Both the position numbers and the translations under genes were made by a program. The notes beneath the pieces were generated by a model. That model was not told where the DNA came from. It did not search any database and worked only from the letters and a program-made list of their open reading frames with translations. From an uncultured Lentisphaerota bacterium (GTDB lineage: Bacteria > Verrucomicrobiota > Kiritimatiellia > CAIQIC01), in the NCBI GenBank assembly GCA_903896925.1, contig CAITZM010000052.1, positions 75,375-139,374 of the forward strand: DNA of 64,000 bases, written 5' to 3'. Below are positions 1 through 9,182 of the stretch, piece after piece. Position 1 is the stretch's first letter. Every line of letters begins with the position of its first letter.

Positions 1-180
1 CTTGTAGACGCGGCCACCGCTCGTCACCGCCACCTCATAGTCGGGCGACGCCGCGACGTCGCCGCCGGGACCGTTCCACACATTCACCTGTGAGTCCGCG
101 ACCGGCGCGGCAAGGAGGCCCAGGCTGGCGCCGAGCACCCACAGCAACCGTTGATTTATGTTGATGTTCACGATCCTCAC
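1..180 (-). CDS. hypothetical secreted protein, N-terminal fragment only (the gene continues beyond the window start); GTG start candidates near 180 or 171
   Basis: Open minus-strand frame through positions 1-180 translating to a signal-peptide-like N-terminus (VRIVNININQRLLWVLGASLGLLAAPVADSQVNVWNGPGGDVAASPDYEVAVTSGGRVYK...). Bounded upstream by an in-frame stop near 196-198. No in-frame ATG, only GTG. Missing from the ORF track because truncated at the window edge. Confidence 0.3.
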   Translation of the reverse strand, partial: MRIVNININQRLLWVLGASLGLLAAPVADSQVNVWNGPGGDVAASPDYEVAVTSGGRVYK

Positions 181-280
181 CTTTCTGCACGATATTCAGC
201 CATCTCACCAATAGCGACCAGATCACGCGCAGCCGGCAATGCATATTTTGAAGGCTTTCGCTCCATGATGGCTGGGACTT

Positions 281-1411
281 TCATTTCAGAAACGCCTTGG
301 CCGGCAACCGTGCGTCCAGACCGCCGGCCGGGTCGCGGGCCAGTTCGGGCTTGGCGAGAAACGTCTTCACGTTCTCGAAGCACGGGCGCGGATGCGCGCT
401 CCAGAACAGGTAGTTGAGCTTCAGCTTTTCCTGCGCCAGCGCAAGATGCTCGCCGACGGGGATCGGCTTTTCGTCCTCCGGGTTGACCTGCACGCTGCCG
501 AGCTCCTTGCCGCTATCGAACGCCGCCGTGCGCTGCTTGCTGGCCACGAAATAATCCGGCGACTGCACGGCCGCGCCCAGCGGCACGACGCCCGACATTT
601 TTGGATAGAGCCGGTACGCGCCCTTTTCTGGATCGAAGTATTGGTGCGGTCGTGGATAGACATCCGGGCCGCCCATGCCCACGCCGACCGACTTCATGTA
701 GTCCGTCAGTTCCGGCAGCAGGCCGGCGGGATAATTGACGTACTGGATGACGACCGTGCGCGGGAAGGCGCGGCGCATCGCGGTCAGGCGTTGCTTGAGC
801 GCCTCGAGATAGCCGGCCTCCGTGTAACGCTCGACGCCTGCCTGGGGCGCCTTGCCAAAGTTGGCCGAGGGCGCGGTCTCCGGCAGCACGACGGCCTCGA
901 CATTCGGGTCGGCATCGAACTCCCTCCCGAGCGCGGCAAAGAAGGCGTCCATGCGCTCGCCCACCTTCCTGTTCCATGGCACGGGATCGAACGAACCGGA
1001 GCTGGCGCGATAAACGCCGCCGCCATACTGCGGCCCTTGAATGTAGGCGGGCACGAGCCGCTGGCCTTTGCCGAACGCCTTGTATTGCACCTGCAACACA
1101 AGCTGCTTGCCGTGCTTTTTCAGCAATGCGAGATCCGCTTTGATCGCGGAGAAATCGTAGCGCCCCTCTTCCGGTTCCAGGGCCGGCCAGCCATAGCACT
1201 TCTGCACGCCGCGAAACTGGGCCGTAAGATGTTCTTTGGGATTGATGTCGGCCAGGTTGAGGAAAACATAATGACCGGGATGCCACTTGGCGGATGGTGC
1301 CGCGGGGGCCGCAACTCCATCGGCGCAGAGACAGAGCAGCGTCGCCGCAAGCAGGTGCTGCACGATGACTCTTACTGGGTTCGGCACTTGAAGTTGTTCA
1401 GCGAATTTCAT
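281..1411 (-). CDS. putative glycoside hydrolase, GH42/GH35-like TIM-barrel (GHL) family, secreted
   Basis: ORF 281..1456; ATG at 1411 verified (MKFAEQ...) giving a signal peptide, 8-bp gap to the upstream stop. Motif WPALEPEEGRYDFSAIKADLALLKKHGKQLVLQV matches the W-x-x-E-P-x-x-G-x-YDF box of GH42/GH35-type beta-galactosidase-like TIM barrels. Paralogous to the genes at 26231..27928 and 35689..37245. Confidence 0.7.
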   Translation of the reverse strand: MKFAEQLQVPNPVRVIVQHLLAATLLCLCADGVAAPAAPSAKWHPGHYVFLNLADINPKEHLTAQFRGVQKCYGWPALEPEEGRYDFSAIKADLALLKKHGKQLVLQVQYKAFGKGQRLVPAYIQGPQYGGGVYRASSGSFDPVPWNRKVGERMDAFFAALGREFDADPNVEAVVLPETAPSANFGKAPQAGVERYTEAGYLEALKQRLTAMRRAFPRTVVIQYVNYPAGLLPELTDYMKSVGVGMGGPDVYPRPHQYFDPEKGAYRLYPKMSGVVPLGAAVQSPDYFVASKQRTAAFDSGKELGSVQVNPEDEKPIPVGEHLALAQEKLKLNYLFWSAHPRPCFENVKTFLAKPELARDPAGGLDARLPAKAFLK

Positions 1412-3080
1412 GGCTTCTTGCTGGCGCAGGCTTCGAGGCTGGCGCCGGTGTTTCACCGACCTTCGGGTACATCACGAAAGCGAAGCGTTGGCTGTCAGGC
1501 GACCAACTGTTGACGTTGATGGTGCCCTGGCCGCCGTTGAACGCGATGATGTCGGCCTGCTCGCTGCCGTCGGGCCGCATGCGGCGGAGGATCACGTCCT
1601 TGTCCGCCGGATGTTTCACGGTGCCGGGCGGGAAGCTGATATAGACGATCCACGTCCCGTCGGGCGAGACGTGCGGGAACCAGTTCACGCGCTCGTCGTG
1701 GGTGAGCTGCTCAATGCCGGTGCCGTCGGGTTTCATGCGATAACACTGCGCGTGGCCGGGTATCTTCGCGTTGAGTTCGGAGTTGAAATAAATCCATTTT
1801 CCGTCGGATGAATATTCCGGGCCATCGTCCGGCGCGGGCGTGTTCGTCAGGCGCGTGTCGGCACCGCCGGCGGCGGGGATCGTGAAGAGATCCATGCGCC
1901 CCCACGGATCTCCGTTGGCGCTTTCCACGCCCACGTAGGCGAGCGTCTGCTCATCGGGCGAAACACCGTGCAGAAAATATTTGTACTGCCGCGCCGGAGG
2001 CTGGTCGTTGGAAACGCGGCGCGGCTGCCCACCCGCGAAGGGCACTGCATAGAGGTGGCCCGCCGCGCTGAAATATATCGTCTTGCCGTTGGGCGCGAGC
2101 ACGTGATCGTTGTTCACCTTCTGCACATCGCCGGTGGGAATCTTCTCCGGCTGGCTGCTGCCGTCCGCCGTGATGCGCCACAGCGCGCCGCCACCGTTGC
2201 AGACAAGCCATTTTCCGTCGGGCGACCAGTTGGGCGCTTCGAGGCCGGTGGTCGTCTCGTAGACGAGGCGCTTGTCCGAGCCATCGATCCCGATGGTCAT
2301 AAGTTGCGCGCGCCGGTTTTTTGCGGACTTTGTCCCCGCGGCCGCCGCGGGCGTGGAAAGCTGCACGTGGTCGAACACCGACGTGGTCAGCGTGTTCGTG
2401 GTGTGCGACGACGACGAGAGGCCGATGAACGCATCCGCCTTGAAGTCGAGCTTGAGCGAGCCGGTGAGCCACCATGTTTCGCCGTCGAGGGATTCGTAGC
2501 CGCTGAAGGCATTACCGCTGCGCACCAGCTTGAGCCAGCACGGGAAGGTTTCCTTGGGCACGCAGGGCTGCGGCGGGGCGGGGTCAGGGCGAATCCGCAC
2601 CGTTTTGTCGTCGGGCGTTTCGCGATAGAGGAACTGCGTGCCGTCCACGGGCGTGATGCACTCCGAGACGCACCGCGACCCGCCTGCGAGCGACTCGCGC
2701 ATACAGAGGCCCGCCTTCGCGTGAGCCACCTTGCCGGGATTGTCCATGCCCGCCACGCGCGCGACGAACACGAAGTCGCCCTGCACCGGCTGCCAGACGA
2801 AATGACCGCCATCCATGGGTCCCCAGATGTCCATCGTGCCTTGCACGGTGAACACACCGTCGGCGTGTTGCGCCGTGCCCGCAATCAGCCCGCTTTTCCC
2901 GAACAGCGCGTTCTTTCCAAATTTCTCGACGGGCACGGCGGGAACCTTGTGGCCCACTTGCGCGCTGCCGATGTCTTGGTGCTGCCACGGTGGCGGCAAG
3001 TTTGCCGGCTCGTCGGCAGCGTGCGACACGGCCAGCGGAGCCAGCAACAGGGCGGTGAGGAGTATGAGCGTGTGGTTCAT
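1398..3080 (-). CDS. secreted protein with N-terminal concanavalin-like (DUF1349/beta-xylosidase C-term-like) domain and TolB/PD40-type beta-propeller repeats
   Basis: ATG at 3080 verified. Signal peptide MNHTLILLTALLLAPLAVSHAADEP. N-terminal domain pattern VFTVQGTMDIWGPMDGGHFVWQPVQGDFVFVARV...AKAGLCMRE. Repeated SPDGKW / SPDGTW / SPDEQT blades typical of PD40 beta-propellers. Confidence 0.75.
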   Translation of the reverse strand: MNHTLILLTALLLAPLAVSHAADEPANLPPPWQHQDIGSAQVGHKVPAVPVEKFGKNALFGKSGLIAGTAQHADGVFTVQGTMDIWGPMDGGHFVWQPVQGDFVFVARVAGMDNPGKVAHAKAGLCMRESLAGGSRCVSECITPVDGTQFLYRETPDDKTVRIRPDPAPPQPCVPKETFPCWLKLVRSGNAFSGYESLDGETWWLTGSLKLDFKADAFIGLSSSSHTTNTLTTSVFDHVQLSTPAAAAGTKSAKNRRAQLMTIGIDGSDKRLVYETTTGLEAPNWSPDGKWLVCNGGGALWRITADGSSQPEKIPTGDVQKVNNDHVLAPNGKTIYFSAAGHLYAVPFAGGQPRRVSNDQPPARQYKYFLHGVSPDEQTLAYVGVESANGDPWGRMDLFTIPAAGGADTRLTNTPAPDDGPEYSSDGKWIYFNSELNAKIPGHAQCYRMKPDGTGIEQLTHDERVNWFPHVSPDGTWIVYISFPPGTVKHPADKDVILRRMRPDGSEQADIIAFNGGQGTINVNSWSPDSQRFAFVMYPKVGETPAPASKPAPARSHEIR

Positions 3081-3103
3081 GATAGTTGATGCTTAAGATT
3101 GTA

Positions 3104-4495
3104 TCATTGCGGAATCACCCACGCCGAGACGGTGGCGCAGGGTTGTTTTGGTGTGAATTTCAACCGCAGCTTCGCGTGGGTTGGCAGCGGCGCGATGCTG
3201 CACAGCTTGCCGGCGTGGACGGGCGTGGGATCAAGTTCCAGCCAAGCCTGCGTGGCGGGATTCCAGGCGACAAGTCGCAACACGCCGTCCTGATCGCTGG
3301 TCAGGTGCAACGCGAACGGAGTCCGGTCAGGTTCCAGAAGCATGCTCTGGGCGCCGGCGGGTTCGATGGCCTGTTTCTCCCAGAGCACGATGGGCTGGTG
3401 CATGGAGCGTTTCGGTGCACGAATGAGGCCGAGGCTTTGCCGGCCCGTGCTGTAATAGAGGTAGAACCATTCGTCGTCGGCTTCGAGGCTCCACGGATGA
3501 AGGCTGCCGCGCTCATAAGCCTGGTTGCGATAGAGCGTGCGCCGTCCGAGCGTGATCCAGCGGTCGAGCGAGAGGCCGACCATCGGCGCGGAGTCGCGGC
3601 TGTCGAGTTCGTAGCTCAAGCCGGCCCACACGCTGCCGATGCGCACCGGACAACGGATGGTCTGGCCGCTGTCGTGATGGTCGCCGGTGGCGCGCGTGTA
3701 GAAGCCGCTGTAGTTCGCGACGGGCGCTTTCGTCCGGTGCCACACGATGCCGTCGTCGCTTTCCGCGAGACCGTTCCATTGGCCGTGCAGGCCGAACGCG
3801 GTGTAAATCATCCGCCACGGCCGCGTTTTCTCTTCGGGCAGATAGAACACTTTCGCCGCATCCACGCCACTGCCGCCGACGGCAGGATGCTCGTTGATGC
3901 CCGGCGGCTCGGGGCCAAGCACGGCGCCTTTGCGGCCATCCACATTGCCCTGCCGCGTCCAATGAATGCCGTCTTCGGACGTGGCGAGCGCGATGTATTT
4001 CATCATGGGCGGCGGCAGCTTGCCGGTTTTCGGATCAGCAAAGACGTGGCCCGGCGCCCAGTAGTAGAGGTGGAACCTGCCGTTCACTCGCAACGCGCTG
4101 GAGGGCGAAAGAAACGTCCCTTCCCACGGCTCGGTCGGTTCCAGCACCGGGTTGCCGGGATGTTTCGTCCAACACACGCCATCCTTCGATGTCGCGAGGC
4201 CGATGCTGTGCCGCTTGCCCAGGCAGGCATACCACATCCGCCAATCCTCGCGCCCTAGCCGGATCACCGCCACGCGCTCGATGCCGGCCTCGTCCCACGC
4301 GCCTTTCTCGCCCGCGATGAGGATGGGATTCGCGGGGTGCTTGTAGTTGTTCAAGTTCACCGTCAGCAGCGGAATGCTCCCGGCAAGCGCGATGGCGGCG
4401 CTGGAGTCGAGTTTCGCGACAGAGGCGCTGGCGTTGTCCTCGGCGCGGAGCGTTGCGGCGAGGAAAAGGGAGAGAAAGAGGAACGTTCGTTTCAT
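3104..4495 (-). CDS. glycoside hydrolase-like five-bladed beta-propeller protein (GH130/DUF377- or GH43-like), secreted
   Basis: ORF 3104..4798; ATG at 4495 verified (MKRTFLFLSLFLAATLRAED). ATGA overlap with the stop of the upstream sulfatase gene. Motifs NPILIAGEKGAWDEAGIERVAVIRLGREDWRMWYA resemble the N-terminal blades of GH130/GH43 beta-propellers. The track's N-terminal extension is Arg-rich junk. Confidence 0.7.
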   Translation of the reverse strand: MKRTFLFLSLFLAATLRAEDNASASVAKLDSSAAIALAGSIPLLTVNLNNYKHPANPILIAGEKGAWDEAGIERVAVIRLGREDWRMWYACLGKRHSIGLATSKDGVCWTKHPGNPVLEPTEPWEGTFLSPSSALRVNGRFHLYYWAPGHVFADPKTGKLPPPMMKYIALATSEDGIHWTRQGNVDGRKGAVLGPEPPGINEHPAVGGSGVDAAKVFYLPEEKTRPWRMIYTAFGLHGQWNGLAESDDGIVWHRTKAPVANYSGFYTRATGDHHDSGQTIRCPVRIGSVWAGLSYELDSRDSAPMVGLSLDRWITLGRRTLYRNQAYERGSLHPWSLEADDEWFYLYYSTGRQSLGLIRAPKRSMHQPIVLWEKQAIEPAGAQSMLLEPDRTPFALHLTSDQDGVLRLVAWNPATQAWLELDPTPVHAGKLCSIAPLPTHAKLRLKFTPKQPCATVSAWVIPQ

Positions 4496-6087
4496 GGTTT
4501 CTTCGGCGGCGGATAGTGGCCTTCGCCCATTTTGTTTTTCGGGTTCACGTTCGGATAGGTGTCGGCAATGTCGGGGTTCGCGCCATGGAGTCGCGGATCG
4601 CGGGTCCGCTTTAGCTCCGCGTCCAACTGCGCGGCAAGCTGGGTTTTCGCCGCGGCATGCCCGGGAGCGGTGGCGAGGTTGTGCAGGCAAGCGGGGTCCT
4701 GCTGGATGTCGTAGAGTTCCTCGGCGGGATGGCGGCCGACGATGAGTTCGAGCAGCGCGGCGTATTTCTTGGAAGTGCGGGCTTCCTTGACGAGCCATTG
4801 CAGCGTCTCTTGGTCATCAACGTCGCGGTAGCAACCGGCGTGGCGCGGCAGCAGTTGGCCGGTGGCCTTGTTGACGCGCTGCGGGTCACCCACTGGCCAA
4901 CGGTCCGGCCGCAGGTTGCGCAGGTAGAGATACTGCGGCGTGCGCAAGACGCGGATGGGATAGCCGATGTCGTTATAGCGCGTGAGGGTGTGCCGCTCGT
5001 GGCCGGCGAAGACGAAGGCTTGGTCGGGATTGACGAGGCCCTGCTTGCCGCCGGCGAGCAGCGGCAGGAAATCGCGGCCCACGGGCGCGAGCGCGGGATC
5101 GTTCTTCGACGGATGTTCCACCTGCGCGGCGGCGAGGATGGTGGCATTCAAGTCCACAAAGCCGATGGGGTCCTCCATCACGCGGCCACCCGGCACGCGC
5201 TTCGGCCAGGCCACGATCATCGGGACGTGCAGGCCGTATTCATAGCACGTCGCTTTCGCTCGCAGCATCGGCATGCCATTGTCGCCAGTGATGATGACGA
5301 GCGTGTTTTCCAGTTCGCCGGCTTTTTGCAGCAGGTCAAGCATCTGGCCTAGCTGCCGATCAAACCATTCAATCTCGGTGAAGTAGTCCAGGAAATCGCT
5401 GCGCACTTCCGGCGTGTCCGGCAGGAAGCCGGGTACAACCACGTCCTCAAGCTTCTTTCCCGACTTCAACCCGCTGCCGCGCTCGTACCCACGATGCGGC
5501 TCCACACTGCCATACCAGAAGCAGAACGGCGCGTCCGGGTTTCGCTTCTTTAGGAACTCGGCGAAGTTCGCGGTATAGTCGTTGTCCTTGATGCCGGAGA
5601 GCGGCGGCGCGAGGTGGTGGCTGTTGAACGCCGGCCCGACGGGATTCCCCTTGCGCCCGGGGCCGAGATCGCCCGGCGACCACGGCTTGCCCGTGAAGCC
5701 GACGGCGTATCCTGCGCGCACCAGCAGATCGGGAAAGCTGACGAACTTCGCCGGGAACAAGCCATGATGCGTGCTGGCTTCTTCATTCATCCAAACATGG
5801 CGGCCCGTGAGTAGCGCCGCGCGCGAAGGCGAGCAGCCGGGCGCGCCGCAAAAACCATTGCGGAACAGAACACCGCTCTGCGCCACGCGGTCGATATTCG
5901 GCGTGCGCAACGTCTTGCAACCGGCGATGGACATGTGCGGCCACGACATATCATCGGCAATGGCAATGAGGATGTTGGGCCGCCCTGCGCCTGCATCTTG
6001 ATCTGTCTGCGTGGCCGACAGCGCTGTACCGGCCAGCAGAGGCAACAAGATCACCATGCATGAACTGGCAACAGACAGCGTCTTCAT
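4492..6087 (-). CDS. S1-family sulfatase (Cys-type, CSPSR), N-sulfoglucosamine-sulfohydrolase-like
   Basis: ORF 4492..6276; ATG at 6087 verified (MKTLSVASSCMVILLPLLAGTALSA), ATGA overlap with the next gene's stop. Signature GAPGCSPSRAALLTGR, PNIDRVA, metal-binding DDM at the N-terminus. Confidence 0.85.
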   Translation of the reverse strand: MKTLSVASSCMVILLPLLAGTALSATQTDQDAGAGRPNILIAIADDMSWPHMSIAGCKTLRTPNIDRVAQSGVLFRNGFCGAPGCSPSRAALLTGRHVWMNEEASTHHGLFPAKFVSFPDLLVRAGYAVGFTGKPWSPGDLGPGRKGNPVGPAFNSHHLAPPLSGIKDNDYTANFAEFLKKRNPDAPFCFWYGSVEPHRGYERGSGLKSGKKLEDVVVPGFLPDTPEVRSDFLDYFTEIEWFDRQLGQMLDLLQKAGELENTLVIITGDNGMPMLRAKATCYEYGLHVPMIVAWPKRVPGGRVMEDPIGFVDLNATILAAAQVEHPSKNDPALAPVGRDFLPLLAGGKQGLVNPDQAFVFAGHERHTLTRYNDIGYPIRVLRTPQYLYLRNLRPDRWPVGDPQRVNKATGQLLPRHAGCYRDVDDQETLQWLVKEARTSKKYAALLELIVGRHPAEELYDIQQDPACLHNLATAPGHAAAKTQLAAQLDAELKRTRDPRLHGANPDIADTYPNVNPKNKMGEGHYPPPKKP

Positions 6088-7457
6088 TTGCCCTCCAGCT
6101 TCGGCAGAGCGCGGCGCCAGTCGAGCGCGAGCTGGCGCAGGCGCGCAGCGATGGCCTTTTCCTGCTCCGCCAGGTTCTGTGTTTCGTTGGCGTCTTTTTC
6201 CAGGTCGTAGAGTTCGGCCTGCCCCGAGCTTTGTCGAGGGGCCTGTGTGCCGTCGGCATTGACGAGCAGTTTCCATTTACCGTCGCGTACCGCCACGTTC
6301 GGGCTGCGGTCGCGGCCGGCGGGATATTTGAACGACTTGTTGTTGCGCCCGTACTCCCAGAACAGCGGCTTCGTGCGCGCGAGCGGTTTGCCCAGCCACG
6401 CGGCGCTCACGTCCTCGCCATCGAGGGCCGCGCCTTCCGGCGGCTGCGCACCGGCGACGGCGCAGACCGACGGGAACAGATCCACCGCGCCCGACACCGT
6501 GCGCTCGTCCACTCGGCCCGCCGGCACGCGGCCGGGCCAGCGCACGATGAACGGCTCCCGCACGCCGCCCTCGTAGAGGCTCAGCTTGCTACCGCGCAGC
6601 CCGGCGGCGCGCGCGCCGCCGAAGGTCGGCAATGGTCCATTGTCACTGGTGAAAATCAGCAGGGTTTTTTCCTCCAGACCCAATTCCTTCAAGCCCGCGA
6701 GCAGCCAGCCGATCTGCCGGTCATACTCGCCCAGTACGCGCTGGAAATTTTCCGGTTTGTCGCCGCGCGGCACATCATCGGCCGGCACCCACGGCGTGTG
6801 CATGTCATCGGGCCAAAGATTGATGTAGCACGGCTGGCCCTTGTGGCGGCGCAGGAAGTCGAGCGACTTGTCCACGAAGAAGCCGGTGCGTTCCCAGCGC
6901 TTCACCTTGTCCTTGGGCGACCAGATCCAGTTGGTGGCGGTGAGGTCCGGGTGCGGATCGGGGCTCTCCCACGTGCTCGCGTACTCGTCGAAGCCGTAGG
7001 CGGTGATCGCCGGTGCGTTGGTCACGTCGCGCCCGCCGCCCATGTGCCATTTGCCGAAGTGACCCGTCGCGTAACCCGCGGCCTTGAGCGCGCGTGCCAG
7101 CGACGGAGCCTTGGCGTCGAGAAAGTCGGCCTGTTCGCACGCCCGGTTGCCGGCGCGCGTCTGCAGATAGCTCGTCAAATGCCAGCGCGCCGGGAACATG
7201 CCGGTGGTGAAGCCCGTGCGCGACGGGGAACAGATCGGCGCGGCGACCGTGAACTGCGTGAAGCGCGTGCCCTCGCTGGCGAGCCGGTCAATGTTCGGCG
7301 TCGGCACAAACTTCCCGCCATTGCACCCGACGTCGCCATAGCCCATGTCGTCGGTCAGAATAAAAATGATATGGGGTGGCATTGTACTTTCGACGGCGAA
7401 AGCATTAGCCATGCTGGCCAGCATCACGAGCCACAACCAGCGTTGGAATCCTCTCAT
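6084..7457 (-). CDS. S1-family sulfatase (CSPSR)
   Basis: ATG at 7457 verified. Signal peptide MRGFQRWLWLVMLASMANAFA. ILTDDMGYGDVGC...TPNIDRLA...AAPICSPSRTGFTTG. Confidence 0.9.
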   Translation of the reverse strand: MRGFQRWLWLVMLASMANAFAVESTMPPHIIFILTDDMGYGDVGCNGGKFVPTPNIDRLASEGTRFTQFTVAAPICSPSRTGFTTGMFPARWHLTSYLQTRAGNRACEQADFLDAKAPSLARALKAAGYATGHFGKWHMGGGRDVTNAPAITAYGFDEYASTWESPDPHPDLTATNWIWSPKDKVKRWERTGFFVDKSLDFLRRHKGQPCYINLWPDDMHTPWVPADDVPRGDKPENFQRVLGEYDRQIGWLLAGLKELGLEEKTLLIFTSDNGPLPTFGGARAAGLRGSKLSLYEGGVREPFIVRWPGRVPAGRVDERTVSGAVDLFPSVCAVAGAQPPEGAALDGEDVSAAWLGKPLARTKPLFWEYGRNNKSFKYPAGRDRSPNVAVRDGKWKLLVNADGTQAPRQSSGQAELYDLEKDANETQNLAEQEKAIAARLRQLALDWRRALPKLEGK

Positions 7458-7460
7458 GCT

Positions 7461-9182
7461 TCACTCCCGGCCTTTCTTTTTCGGCGCTGCGTGCGCCTCC
7501 CGGCCATGCGCGTGCACACGCGCGGCCCACTCGTCCCACTGTGCGGCCATCTGCTTGACGCGTTCCGGCTGCGTTGCGGCAAGATCATGCAGCTCTACAC
7601 GGTCGGCATCCATGTCGTAGAGCTCCCAATTTCCGTGGGCGAGCGCCACCAGTTTCCACTTGCCGCTGCGCACCGCGCGGTTGCCCTCGTGCTCGAAAAA
7701 GATGGTGCGAAGTTCCGCCGGCTCGCTCCGCAGCGCGGGCGCGAGGCTGCGGCCCGCAGGGGCCAGCTTGCCCGCAGGATAGGCGGCGCCCCCGACCTCG
7801 AGGCACGTGGCCATCACGTCGCTGATGTGGCCGGGTCGCCGCTCCAGTTCGCCGCCGCGTTTCAGACCCGCGGGCCAGTGGATGATCAGCGGCGTCGCAA
7901 TGCCGCCCTCGTGGCTGTAGTGTTTGTAGAGGCGGAACGGCGTGTTGCACGCGTTGGCCCAAGCGCTGCCATAGCTCACATAGCTGCCCGGAGCACCTAT
8001 CTCGTCGAGCGCCGCGCCGGTGTGCAGCACATTGTCACCGCTGGTTGTGCCCAGGTTGATCTCGTGGACATTCTGGGCGACGTCGAAGCCGAACGGATCC
8101 CACTCGGCGCACGCGCCGTTGTCGGAGAGGAAGAAGATCAGCGTGTGCTCCAACTCGTCGTGCTGTTTCAAATCAGCAATGACGCGGCCGATGTTCTGGT
8201 CCATGCGGTCCACCGCGCCGGCGAACGCCGCCATGCGCCGCGTGAGATCGGCGCGACGCTCGGCTTCGAGCGTGTCCCACGCCGGGTTCGCCTTGTCGGC
8301 CCAGCCGTGCTTCGTCGCGACAACGTTGGGCGGAATGACCGAGCGCGGCGTCAGCGAGCTCACGCCAGCGAGCAGGCCGAGCTGTTGCTGGCGCGCATAG
8401 CGCGCGTCGCGGATCTTGTCCCAACCCTGCTCATAGGTTTGCGCGTATTTGGCAATCTCCGCCTTGGGCGCGTGCAGCGGGAAATGCGGCGCATTGAAGG
8501 CGAGATAGAGGAAGAACGGCTTGTCGCCGGCCTGCCGCGCCGACGTGATGAAGTCGAGCGCGTGGTCGGTGATCGCATCGGTGGAATAGAAGGTCCCCTC
8601 CGGATAGCTGCGCGGCACGCGACCCTCCGGCCGGCGCGTATAGAGCGCCGGATTCCAGAAGCTACCGTAGCCGCCGAGCATCCCGTAGAACTCGTCGAAG
8701 CCACGCAGCACCGGCCCCGGTTGACCGAGATGCCACTTGCCGGACATGAACGTGCGATACCCGGCAGTTTTCAGCACTTCCGGGATTGTCGCGCAGTTTG
8801 GCGGCAGGCTACCGCTCATGCCGCCGAAGCCGACCTCGTGCGGATAGAGCCCCGTCAGCAGCGACGCGCGCGAGGGACAGCACCGGGCGCAGTTATAGAA
8901 TTGCGTGAAGCGCAGCCCACCCTGCGCGAGCCTGTCGAGATTGGGCGTCGCAATCTCGCCGCCGTAGCAGCCGAGATCGCTGTAGCCAAGATCGTCGGCG
9001 AGTATCAATACGATGTTGGGCCTGCCCCGAGCCCCGTCGAGGGGCCTGCCCCGACCCGTGGTGAGCGCCGTCGAACCAGCGGAGTCGATGGAAGTCGACG
9101 AGGCGCTACTTCCAACCATGGGAAGGGCCAGCGTACCGGCGGCGGCGAGCTTCAGAAAGTCGCGACGATTGGTTGCTCTCAT
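7461..9182 (-). CDS. S1-family sulfatase with twin-arginine (Tat) signal (CCPSR)
   Basis: ATG at 9182 verified. MRATNRRDFLKLAAAG Tat motif. LILADDLGYSDLGCYG...TPNLDRLA...ARCCPSRASLLTG. Confidence 0.9.
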   Translation of the reverse strand: MRATNRRDFLKLAAAGTLALPMVGSSASSTSIDSAGSTALTTGRGRPLDGARGRPNIVLILADDLGYSDLGCYGGEIATPNLDRLAQGGLRFTQFYNCARCCPSRASLLTGLYPHEVGFGGMSGSLPPNCATIPEVLKTAGYRTFMSGKWHLGQPGPVLRGFDEFYGMLGGYGSFWNPALYTRRPEGRVPRSYPEGTFYSTDAITDHALDFITSARQAGDKPFFLYLAFNAPHFPLHAPKAEIAKYAQTYEQGWDKIRDARYARQQQLGLLAGVSSLTPRSVIPPNVVATKHGWADKANPAWDTLEAERRADLTRRMAAFAGAVDRMDQNIGRVIADLKQHDELEHTLIFFLSDNGACAEWDPFGFDVAQNVHEINLGTTSGDNVLHTGAALDEIGAPGSYVSYGSAWANACNTPFRLYKHYSHEGGIATPLIIHWPAGLKRGGELERRPGHISDVMATCLEVGGAAYPAGKLAPAGRSLAPALRSEPAELRTIFFEHEGNRAVRSGKWKLVALAHGNWELYDMDADRVELHDLAATQPERVKQMAAQWDEWAARVHAHGREAHAAPKKKGRE

